This document shows positions 27,770 through 34,915 of a stretch of DNA of 38,679 nt, one piece after another (within the stretch, counting starts at the first letter, position 1; the number at the start of each line of letters is the position of its first letter). The position numbers and the translations under genes were made by a program. Origin of the DNA: Gemmatimonadota bacterium (GTDB lineage: Bacteria > Gemmatimonadota > Gemmatimonadetes > Longimicrobiales > RSA9); contig VSDC01000001.1 of the NCBI GenBank assembly GCA_047459275.1, forward strand, positions 1 through 38,679, written 5' to 3'. Under the pieces are notes generated by a model. It was not told the DNA's origin. It did no database searches and saw only the letters and a list, made by a program, of their open reading frames with translations.

Positions 27770-27811
27770 GCGGCCACCGGGACGCAGGCATCCCGGTGGC
27801 CGCTCCTTTTT
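27770..27811 (+). terminator. Rho-independent terminator of the NSS gene
   Basis: 13-bp perfect stem GCGGCCACCGGGA/TCCCGGTGGCCGC, 8-nt loop, then TCCTTTTT. Confidence 0.8.
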
Positions 27812-27893
27812 CGCTCCCGGCTCGGCTTCTCGCGCGAGCGCCGTCACGATATTCGGCGATGCCCGCCGGCAGCTCCGTGAACCGGCAGCCTCT

Positions 27894-28622
27894 TCAGGGC
27901 AGCTCGCCGCCCCGGTGGAGCTGGTGGCTGTAGAAGTAGTACTCCTCGCGGTGCGCGAGGAAATCCTGGATCCAGACCTCGAGGGGCGGAAGCGGGAGCA
28001 GCCTCTCCAGCTCCTGGACCACGATCATGGCGAGCTGGAAGCGGTCGCGGGCCCGGAAGTCGATCGAGCGGCCATCGAGCAGCCGCTCGACGAGCACCCG
28101 GAAGTCCTCGGGGTCGATCAGCGCGATCAGGTGTGCCACCTGGTCCAGGCGGTACGAGTCGTACAGCGATCGCAGGTGGGCGAGCGTCAGCTCCTCCGAC
28201 GGCGTGCCGATGTCCGGAATGCGTTCGCCCGCGTGCTCCGCGAGCAGGTTGCGGAACCATCTCCGCGTGTCCTCGGAGACTCCCTTCCTGCGCTCGTACG
28301 TGTCCAACGCGGACTCGAGGAGGGCGTGGATCAGAGGACGCCCAAGCCCCCGCGCCCGGGCGTCCACCTCGGCTTCGGTCGGCTCGAGGAAGAGGTCCGC
28401 GGTCCGGATCTCGGGCCCATCCACTCCCGTGGACGCCGACCGGAACAAGAAGTAGCCCCGCCAGCCCCGGTCGTCCGGGTACGTGACCAGGAACACGGTC
28501 CACCGCTCGCCCTCCCGCTCCAGGAAGCAGAACGAGCGACACCGCGTCCGGGGAGGCAGCCCCCGGATCGGAGCCGGTTCCGTTTCCACGGCAGGCGCGT
28601 CGGGCTTCGAGGGTGTGCGCAT
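27894..28622 (-). CDS. Hypothetical protein
   Basis: 242 aa from ATG 28622 (MRTPSKPDAP...). The ORF could extend to GTG 28808, but the extension is low-complexity. No family recognised. Confidence 0.5.
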   Translation of the reverse strand: MRTPSKPDAPAVETEPAPIRGLPPRTRCRSFCFLEREGERWTVFLVTYPDDRGWRGYFLFRSASTGVDGPEIRTADLFLEPTEAEVDARARGLGRPLIHALLESALDTYERRKGVSEDTRRWFRNLLAEHAGERIPDIGTPSEELTLAHLRSLYDSYRLDQVAHLIALIDPEDFRVLVERLLDGRSIDFRARDRFQLAMIVVQELERLLPLPPLEVWIQDFLAHREEYYFYSHQLHRGGELP

Positions 28623-28966
28623 GAATCCGTCGTCGGGCGCTTCAGGCGTGGGAGAACCGTTTCCGTCTGGTGCGGGACGCAGGGCCACGGCTAGCAGACG
28701 ATCGCCGTTCCCCGACTCACGCCCAAGCTGGCGTCCGGGCCGATCCGTGTCAAGCGACGCGGCATCGGTGGAGAGCCCCTCACAGGGCCGTCCTTGACCC
28801 CCGCGCACCCCCGCGTTATGGTAGGGTCACACCGCCGACCACCGGGTGGCGCCGGCGTCGGCGGCACGGCCGACCGCGGCTCCGCGGTCGAGACATAGGA
28901 GATCGCCCCGTGGTTCGCAGCCGCGGGGCGTTCGCGGCCTTGGGGCCCTGTGTCGCCCCGAGCGCC

Positions 28967-29004
28967 AAGAAAAAAGGACTCTCGGCTGGCAACCGAGAGT
29001 CCTT
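28967..29004 (-). terminator. Rho-independent terminator (minus strand)
   Basis: Minus-strand AAGGACUCUCGG-uugccag-CCGAGAGUCCUU, a 12-bp perfect stem. The U tract UUUUUU, whose first two U are the closing stem bases, is followed by CUU. Confidence 0.8.
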
Positions 29005-29044
29005 GTGGTCGATGCGGGTGGCGGCCCGCGGACCTCCGTGGCTG
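28967..29044 (-). ncRNA. Candidate ~77-nt small RNA or terminated leader (promoter-to-terminator unit)
   Basis: Bounded by the TTGACA-N17-TAAACT promoter and a strong intrinsic terminator. It has no start codon or ORF. It contains the GC hairpin GCGGG-CCGCCA-CCCGC and the linker AUCGACCAC. Confidence 0.45.
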
Positions 29045-29050
29045 GAGTCC

Positions 29051-29079
29051 AGTTTATTCGCGAGCCGCCCTCGTGTCAA
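29051..29079 (-). promoter_or_regulatory. Near-consensus sigma70-type promoter (minus strand)
   Basis: Minus-strand TTGACA (29079-29074), exact 17-nt spacer, TAAACT (29056-29051). Predicted TSS about 29043-29044. Confidence 0.5.
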
Positions 29080-29533
29080 GGGAGTCGTGTGCCCTCGACG
29101 CGCGGGCGGCTTCGTTTGTCCGGTCACGGACGCCGCGAACCGCACGCCCCCGACTCCGGACCGGGCTCGCCCGGCCGATAATAAAACGAAGAACCCCGAG
29201 AGTGGCAGCTCCCGGGGTCCACGTGCCGCGCCGCAGGCGGCTCCGGCTTCGGTGGGTGGCACCGCGAAGCTTAGCAAAAACGGGCCTGCGGCGCAAGGGA
29301 TACGTACGTCCTGACAACGCGCCGGGGCCCGATTTCGTTGTCGGGCCCGCGCCCTTGCGCAAAGAGCGCGAGCCCTCCGCCGCATTGCACACCCGGGGCG
29401 ATGATTGCCGGCCGGGGTCTCGAGGTGGAGATCATCGGCTGCCCGCGTGACGTGGCGGCGGGCGCGGGCGCGACGACCGCGATCGCGGCGGAGGGCTCGC
29501 GTGAGGCGCTCACCAGCACACAGGAGGGGAGGA

Positions 29534-30415
29534 ATGGGTACCGCGGCCCGTGCACGGCTCGATGCGTTGATGGAGTTCCCCGGAACCGGGGACCTCTCCC
29601 TCACCCGCGCAATCGTTCGCTACCAAGAAGGGCAGGTGGTGGATGGATCGCACCCGAGCGCCGACGACCTGGGCATCGCCCTCGTCATCGACGGCGAGTA
29701 CGCAGCGGCCGCGGAGGCCATCGAGCTCGGGAGCGGACGGCTGCTGCATCTCGACCTCTCGACCGGCGTCGTGATCCTCGACTGGGTCTATCCCTCCACC
29801 CTGGACTACGTCCGCCTCCTGCTCCGCGCGGTGCGCGACGTCGATTTCGAGGCATCGGCCGACGACACACCGGGAACCTTGCGCGCTTACTGCGAGACGA
29901 TCACCCTCGGCGTGCTCGGGCGGTCCGATTTCGGCTCTCTGGCGCGATCCACCATCCTGCGCCTCGGTTTCCGTGACATCCTGCGCGACCTGGACCCGCA
30001 CGAGGAAGCTGCGGTACGGATTCAGGCCGCGTCGGGCGACCGCATCGAGGTGCGCTTCGATTGCGATGCGAACGCGCTGGTCGTGGTGCGGCGCAGCGGG
30101 GCCGGCGACTCGTATCAGCGCCTTCTGGCTTCCTTGTTTCCCGGGGCTCACCTGCGCGGTGTCCCGATGGTCGGGGGCGTGTGCCACCAGCTCCGCTATC
30201 CGGCCCCCTTCACCCTGGACGATGCGAGGGAGCAGCTCCGCGAGGTGCGCGATGGGCTGCTCGGGCTGGTGGCCACGTACGAGCCGGAACGCTACCGGGC
30301 CATCCGTCAGGCGCTGGACATCTTCGGGCCGCGGGACACGCTCGCCTGGTTGGAACGGGACGTGGTTCCGGCGGTCGACGCGTACCTGACGCAAGCGCCG
30401 GCGGTCGTCGCGTAA
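29534..30415 (+). CDS. Hypothetical protein
   Basis: 293 aa from ATG 29534, preceded by GGAGGGGAGG. Protein-like composition. No family recognised. Confidence 0.55.
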   Translation: MGTAARARLDALMEFPGTGDLSLTRAIVRYQEGQVVDGSHPSADDLGIALVIDGEYAAAAEAIELGSGRLLHLDLSTGVVILDWVYPSTLDYVRLLLRAVRDVDFEASADDTPGTLRAYCETITLGVLGRSDFGSLARSTILRLGFRDILRDLDPHEEAAVRIQAASGDRIEVRFDCDANALVVVRRSGAGDSYQRLLASLFPGAHLRGVPMVGGVCHQLRYPAPFTLDDAREQLREVRDGLLGLVATYEPERYRAIRQALDIFGPRDTLAWLERDVVPAVDAYLTQAPAVVA

Positions 30416-30635
30416 ACATATGATTTTGGTCGAGAGGGAAGGGTGGCGGAGGGCGGCCCGGACGGCTTCACAAGTGGCGGGTGGCAAGGCGGTTCCGCCG
30501 CCCCGGCCCGCCCCCGGCCGCGGGCCTCACACCCGTCTGAAAAGCGCGAAACCTTCCGACTCGACGATCGCGTATATCATTGATTGGCAATAACTTACGC
30601 CTAAGCGATTGCCGCTGCGCCGCTTACGAAAATAC

Positions 30636-30665
30636 TTGACGACCGAGGGGCGCGCACCCTATCTT
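30636..30665 (+). promoter_or_regulatory. Candidate promoter of the small RHH-like gene
   Basis: TTGACG (30636-30641), 18-nt spacer, TATCTT (30660-30665), in an AT-enriched stretch. Confidence 0.4.
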
Positions 30666-30750
30666 GCGCGTCACCCGCAGGTCGGAGCGCAAGCGGTCGG
30701 CTTGCACCGCGGAAGCGACGAACCCCATCCAGAAACTTCCAAATTTTTTC

Positions 30751-30948
30751 ATGCTCGGGGCCGAACGTATGTGGGATACCTGTGCCGTGGAGTTGCGTGT
30801 CCGGCTGCCTCGTGCCGTGGCGGCGGAGGTCGAAGAGGTGCAGCGTAGGGACCCGGAAGTGCTCAGCCGGATCCTGATGTACGGCCTTACGCGGCGGGCG
30901 ATCTTCGAGGAGCTGGCGCGCTCGGATGGGGTCCTCGGCGAGCGGTGA
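30751..30948 (+). CDS. Small ribbon-helix-helix (CopG/Arc-like) DNA-binding protein (predicted)
   Basis: 65 aa from ATG 30751 (alternative ATG 30769). VELRVRLPRAVAAEVEEVQRRDPEVLSRILMYGLTRRAIFEEL fits the beta-strand/helix/turn/helix RHH pattern. No clear SD. Confidence 0.45.
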   Translation: MLGAERMWDTCAVELRVRLPRAVAAEVEEVQRRDPEVLSRILMYGLTRRAIFEELARSDGVLGER

Positions 30949-30957
30949 ACTGTGGGC

Positions 30958-30986
30958 TTGACGCGGGGGTGAGGCGGTCGTAGGGT
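30958..30986 (+). promoter_or_regulatory. Candidate promoter upstream of gene 31078..31542
   Basis: TTGACG (30958-30963), 17-nt spacer, TAGGGT (30981-30986). It is followed by the 7-bp hairpin ACGTGCG-N8-CGCACGT. Confidence 0.3.
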
Positions 30987-31077
30987 AGGAAGCGTGCACG
31001 TGCGTGAGGGTGCGCACGTTGCCATGCTCTGAGGAAGGAGCGGGCGAGCTGTTCATGCGGCGTCGGGTTTGGCGCCG

Positions 31078-31542
31078 ATGAAGGCGTCCTATCCCCCTCA
31101 CCCGGTTCGAGCGATGTCGATTGAACCCGCGGACGAGCGGATTCTGCGGGCCAAGTATCTGGACTGGTGCTCGGCGCGGGTTGCGGATCGGTTCCTGGCG
31201 ATGACGCCGGACCAGATCTACGACCTGGCGCAGGAGTCTCTTCGACGTGATTCCGGCCCCGCGGTCGAAGCGGAGGGCGAAGCTGCAGGGGCGGGGCAAG
31301 CGGCCATGGGCGCCGGAGAGGGCGGCCCCACGCCGTCGCAGGGACAGGACCCCGGTTCGCCGAGCAGAGGCGACGGGGGGGCCTACGGGACCGTGAGCTA
31401 CCGCGAGCTGGTGGCCCGGGTCACGGAGATCCTCGCGGCGCGAGTGGGGTTGCCGACGTTCGAGGCGTGGCTGGCTGAATACGAACGTTCGCCCGAGCAG
31501 TTCGAAGCGGAACTGCTCGGGCTCTGGAAGAAGCGAGCGTGA
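31078..31542 (+). CDS. Hypothetical protein with a central Gly/Ala/Pro-rich linker
   Basis: 154 aa from ATG 31078 (TTG 31069 or ATG 31114 also possible). Structured N- and C-terminal segments. No family recognised. Confidence 0.5.
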   Translation: MKASYPPHPVRAMSIEPADERILRAKYLDWCSARVADRFLAMTPDQIYDLAQESLRRDSGPAVEAEGEAAGAGQAAMGAGEGGPTPSQGQDPGSPSRGDGGAYGTVSYRELVARVTEILAARVGLPTFEAWLAEYERSPEQFEAELLGLWKKRA

Positions 31543-31549
31543 TTCGTGG

Positions 31550-31581
31550 AGCCGTCTCCTTCCTCGAGGAAGGAGACGGCT
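31550..31581. terminator. Perfect 32-nt palindrome filling a convergent gene gap
   Basis: AGCCGTCTCCTTCC-TCGA-GGAAGGAGACGGCT. All 16 nested pairs verified. It lies between stop 31540-31542 (+) and stop 31582-31584 (-). Confidence 0.5.
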
Positions 31582-31806
31582 TCAAGCGTTGTGTCGCCCC
31601 TTGACGCGGGTCTGGTGCCACCAGGTGCCGACAATGGCGACGCAGCCGCCCACGAGGAGCAGAATCCCCACGAGCCCCCAGGCAACGCCCCAGTCGGAAC
31701 GATTGTCGATGAATCCCTGAGCGGCGGACCTGAGGGCCATGATGGCGAGAGCGATCCAGGCCACGCCGATCCCCAGTCCGGCCGCGAAAGCGAGCTTGGT
31801 GATCAT
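31582..31806 (-). CDS. Small two-TM membrane protein
   Basis: 74 aa. Hydrophobic helices LAFAAGLGIGVAWIALAIMAL and VAWGLVGILLLVGGCVAIVGTWW. No family recognised. Confidence 0.5.
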   Translation of the reverse strand: MITKLAFAAGLGIGVAWIALAIMALRSAAQGFIDNRSDWGVAWGLVGILLLVGGCVAIVGTWWHQTRVKGRHNA

Positions 31807-31923
31807 CTCGTCGGCTTTTCCGTGTATCCGGGCATCCCAAACGATCGTGAAACGACCAGCACGGGCAATATAGCCGGTCTCCGGGGTGCGGCAAGGGATT
31901 GCGCCCCGGGACGAAAGCCGCCA

Positions 31924-31951
31924 TTGTAACCAATGGGCCTTAGTGTAGTAA
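31924..31951 (+). promoter_or_regulatory. Candidate promoter with overlapping palindrome
   Basis: TTGTAA (31924-31929), 16-nt spacer, TAGTAA (31946-31951). The palindrome CCATTG-taac-CAATGG (31921-31936) overlaps the -35. ATG 31971 lies 20 nt downstream. Confidence 0.3.
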
Positions 31952-31970
31952 CCTCAACCCGGAGGCGAAG

Positions 31971-32228
31971 ATGGCGGTTACCGGCGCGTTGCTCCCCGAG
32001 GGGACGCGCGTGAGGATCCGGCGCGGGCCGTTGCCCCTGGATCCTGCCGCGATCGGACGGGAAGGGACGATAGTGGAGTCGAGCGAATACCACGCGCACC
32101 GGTACGGGGTGCTGCTGGATGGGGATGCGGAGGCGCGGTTCTTTACGCCGGAAGAACTCGAGGTGATCGATGCGCCGGCGCTTTCACCAGCTCGGGAGGA
32201 GGCCAAGCAGCGGCGGGCGCTTCCATAG
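31971..32228 (+). CDS. Small hypothetical protein (beta-rich, SH3/KOW-like pattern)
   Basis: 85 aa. GGAGG lies 5 nt upstream of the ATG. No family recognised. Confidence 0.55.
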   Translation: MAVTGALLPEGTRVRIRRGPLPLDPAAIGREGTIVESSEYHAHRYGVLLDGDAEARFFTPEELEVIDAPALSPAREEAKQRRALP

Positions 32229-32390
32229 GTGTTCGTCTGGACGGAGATGGGGCTTCGGGCGGGCCGGTCGCTGCAGCGACCGGCCCGCCTTCTTCATCTT
32301 CGTGTCGGCATCTTCGTTTCGGCCGCCGGGCGTCCTGGCGGAACGGATAGTGCAATAGTGGGTCGGGGGACCGTGGCGGGAGGAGAGAAC

Positions 32391-32939
32391 ATGGCGCAAG
32401 AGAGCAGGGCCGAGTCGGTGACCGGGCGCCCGGATGCCGAGCGGGTGCGCACGGCCGAACCGGCGACCACGGACGAGGCCCGGCGGGCGATCGAGGAAAC
32501 GAGGGGGCGCATCTCGGCTACCCTGGACGAGATCGAGGGCCGAATCGAGGAAGCTCGCGAGAACATCCGGGAGAAGGTGGATGTGACGCGACCCATCCGG
32601 AACCGGTTGCGGGAGCATCCGCTGCCGGGGATCGGGATCGTGTTCGGCGCAGGTCTCGTGCTCGGGTTGCTGACGGGCGGCAAGGAAAAGGAAGGGAAGC
32701 ATCGCGAGATGCCCGGCAAGGAGGAGCGCGAAGAGCTCCGCCGGTGGCGTGCGGAGCGCCGCGAACGCCTGCGCGAGCACGGCCGCCGGCGGGAGCGGGG
32801 TGCCAGAGGGCCATCCTTCATTCGCCAAACGGCCGGTCTGGTGGCGAGCGCGGCCCTCGCCGGGTTGATGACGCGGGTGCGCCGGAGGATCACGGGCGAG
32901 GGCCGTCCTGAGTCGCGTGAACTCCGGGCCGCCGCGTAA
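32391..32939 (+). CDS. DUF3618/YqjD-like membrane-anchored protein (predicted)
   Basis: 182 aa from ATG 32391 (SD GGAGGAGAG). N-terminal TRGRISATLDEIEGRIEEARENI helix, TM segment LPGIGIVFGAGLVLGLLTG, Arg/Glu-rich tail. Confidence 0.55.
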   Translation: MAQESRAESVTGRPDAERVRTAEPATTDEARRAIEETRGRISATLDEIEGRIEEARENIREKVDVTRPIRNRLREHPLPGIGIVFGAGLVLGLLTGGKEKEGKHREMPGKEEREELRRWRAERRERLREHGRRRERGARGPSFIRQTAGLVASAALAGLMTRVRRRITGEGRPESRELRAAA

Positions 32940-32957
32940 GAGCGATACCACACATCC

Positions 32958-32986
32958 GGCGCGTCGGGGTCGATCCTCGACGCGCC
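32958..32986 (+). terminator. Hairpin downstream of gene 32391..32939
   Basis: GGCGCGTCG-N11-CGACGCGCC, a 9-bp stem extendable to 12 bp. It starts 19 nt after the stop. The tail GTTCCTCGTT is only weakly U-rich. Confidence 0.4.
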
Positions 32987-33003
32987 GTTCCTCGTTGCAG
33001 CGT

Positions 33004-33054
33004 CGACAACGGACCCGACCGCCTCTTGCTCGGAGAGGGCCGGGTCCGTTGTCG
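33004..33054. repeat. Long inverted repeat (14-bp perfect arms)
   Basis: CGACAACGGACCCG ... CGGGTCCGTTGTCG, with inner CCTCT/AGAGG pairing. It sits in a 395-nt ORF-free gap. Confidence 0.6.
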
Positions 33055-33334
33055 AAGCGGGGCCGCGATGCAGCCTCGGAGCGGCGAGAACGGAACGGCG
33101 TCGTCTGACGGATCTCCGCGTCGCTCTACCTTCTTGCCGTCGTACGACCGCTGCCGCGCCGCCCGGTGACGGTTCCGCTGTCGGAGAGGCGCGGGTGGAC
33201 TTCCGACCAGGTCGGCGGGCGACTACGTTGTTTCCCGTGTGCGAGTTTCTCCATCTCGGACGTTGGCTCTACGACGTCACGCCGTCCGCCGAAGACCGGC
33301 GGACATCCGTCGAAGACAGAACGAGACCGGTCGT

Positions 33335-34219
33335 ATGGGCCACAACCCCTTCCTGGAACCCGCGCGCCGCGCCTCGCCGCGTAGCGGCGCGAGGGCTGCG
33401 AGATCGATCGCGGCGTCGGTAGCCCTCCTTCTCGTCTTTGTGTTCGCCTCGCCGCACGAGGCCGCGGCGCAGGGCAAGGGTCACGGGCATCCCGCCTGGG
33501 TCTCCGACATCGCGGTGGCGAGCGCCAACATCGTGGTCGGCGGTGTGACCGCCGCAGTCACGGCGCTGATCCGCGGTGAGGATGTATCGGAAGCGTTCCT
33601 GAAGGGAGCCGCGGGTGGCGGAGTGGTGTTCGCCGGGAAACGGGTCGCCGCCGAGCGGTTCGACGGGGCGGGTTTGCTCGGCCGCCAGATCGCGAGCGTC
33701 GGATCCAGCATGGTCGCGGACGCCGGGCTGGGCCGCGACCTGTTCACGGAAATCTGGCTTCCGTTGGGGCCGGTGTGGGTCCAGGTGAGACCGGAGGCGC
33801 GCTGGCGCGCACGGGTGAACCTCCACGACGTGGGCAGCGTCATCTGGGCGGCCACGAGGCCCGAGCTGAGATTCGATCTCGGCCGATCGTTGTCCAACGG
33901 AGCGCCGGTGTTCGTGGCCGACCAGCACCTGATCCTCGTAGATGGAGAAGTCGCATTCGGCTTCGCCGTCGGCGGCACCGTGGTGATCGGCGGGACCGCC
34001 AGGGATGCCGAGCGCGTTCAGCGCCACGAGAACATCCACGTGCTACAGCACGATTATTTCGTGATGACCGTGACCAGGCGGGTGGAGCGTTGGGTGTGGC
34101 GCCGGCTGACGACTCGAGAGATCCCGCTCGACTTCGGCTTTCCCGCGGCTCTCATCTCATTGGTGTCCTGGGACAATACCCTGCTGCAAAGTGAGGCGGA
34201 GGTATTCGAGTCGCGATGA
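33335..34219 (+). CDS. Secreted protein with an HExxH motif (possible metallopeptidase-like)
   Basis: 294 aa from ATG 33335. Signal peptide IAASVALLLVFVFASPHEAAAQ and HENIH near the C-terminus. No family recognised. Confidence 0.5.
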   Translation: MGHNPFLEPARRASPRSGARAARSIAASVALLLVFVFASPHEAAAQGKGHGHPAWVSDIAVASANIVVGGVTAAVTALIRGEDVSEAFLKGAAGGGVVFAGKRVAAERFDGAGLLGRQIASVGSSMVADAGLGRDLFTEIWLPLGPVWVQVRPEARWRARVNLHDVGSVIWAATRPELRFDLGRSLSNGAPVFVADQHLILVDGEVAFGFAVGGTVVIGGTARDAERVQRHENIHVLQHDYFVMTVTRRVERWVWRRLTTREIPLDFGFPAALISLVSWDNTLLQSEAEVFESR

Positions 34220-34866
34220 GAACGAGGTTCTGGTTGGCCCTCCCGATCGCAGCCCTCGCCGCATGCAACATCGATTTCGTGGCCGTGGAGGGCGATTCCG
34301 GATCGGGGGATGAGGGTGCGTCGGCGGTACTTCACGTCGACAATAGGAACGGCCTGGTGGCCATCCTGCAGGTCGTACTTCCGGGGACCTCGGAACCTCC
34401 GGTCGTGTTCGTCGGGGGAGCCGCTCTGCAAGGAGTCGCGCGGGATGACGGCCGTTGGGCCTTCGACACGGTGGTTGCCGTGGACACGCTCGACCCGCGC
34501 CTCGAGCTGGAGATTCGGACCGACGAAGTGGTGGTGGTGCCTTTCGTCTTTTTCGCCCGCAACGGGCCCGCGACCCGGAGAGAGAACGGCGATCTCGAGG
34601 TCCCGTTGGTGTACGGGGGCGACCGGCCCGACTCCAACCTGTGGTGGCAGGTGCACCTGCTGGACTCGAACGAGAGGCCGTTGCTCACCGTGCATTCCCT
34701 AACGGCCGAGTTGCCCGACCCGCTTGTGATCAGCGGAGCCCTCGTTCCTCCGACCGCCGTCGCCGCGCTGGTCGAGTCAGTCCGATCCGAGAGAATCGCA
34801 GGGGCCCCATACGTGATCCACGCTCATTCGCAGAGCACCATCAGGGTTCCGATCGAGGGAGAATAG
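34216..34866 (+). CDS. Hypothetical lipoprotein, translationally coupled (ATGA)
   Basis: 216 aa. Lipobox LPIAALAAC. Its ATG overlaps the stop of the previous gene. Confidence 0.55.
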   Translation: MRTRFWLALPIAALAACNIDFVAVEGDSGSGDEGASAVLHVDNRNGLVAILQVVLPGTSEPPVVFVGGAALQGVARDDGRWAFDTVVAVDTLDPRLELEIRTDEVVVVPFVFFARNGPATRRENGDLEVPLVYGGDRPDSNLWWQVHLLDSNERPLLTVHSLTAELPDPLVISGALVPPTAVAALVESVRSERIAGAPYVIHAHSQSTIRVPIEGE

Positions 34867-34915
34867 TGCCTTCGCTCCGGGAATGGTGCCCTCACTCTGC
34901 GAGACGGCACGATCG

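Noticed and set aside
26199-27791. N-terminal extension of the 892-codon ORF 25113..27791, and the 5' part (25185..26330) of ORF 25185..27746.
   Set aside because: The recognisable CaCA protein starts at MAWLRKNW (ATG 26198), and the NSS protein starts at ATG 26331 with an SD. Each extension runs antisense through the other gene and has shadow-ORF composition.
27894-28808. Longer version (GTG 28808) of the hypothetical gene.
   Set aside because: The extra 62 residues (MRGGQGRPCEGLSTDAASLDTDRPGRQLGRESGNGDRLL...) are low-complexity and lack an SD. ATG 28622 is preferred, although the longer form cannot be excluded.
29006-29435. tmRNA (ssrA). Points in favour were a minus-strand RNA ending in ...GCGGG-N6-CCCGC-AUCGACCA just before a terminator, a possible U70, and a possible tag frame ending ...SLAPQARFC*.
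   Set aside because: There is no GGUUCGA-type T loop (the loop is the 6-nt CCGCCA). There is no 5' GGGG...UUCGAC element able to pair with the 3' end. The putative resume region is buried in a perfect 8-bp hairpin, and the tag end is atypical. RNase P (no GGAAAGUCCGG), SRP (no GGUCCGGAAGGAAGCAGCC) and cobalamin B12-box matches also fail.
28816-29604. ORFs covering the 28.8-29.6 kb gap (262-codon minus-strand ORF 28816..29604; also 28950..29450 and 29054..29392).
   Set aside because: All are Arg/Pro/Ala-rich with no SD and no family resemblance. They overlap a promoter, a terminator and dense RNA-like helices.
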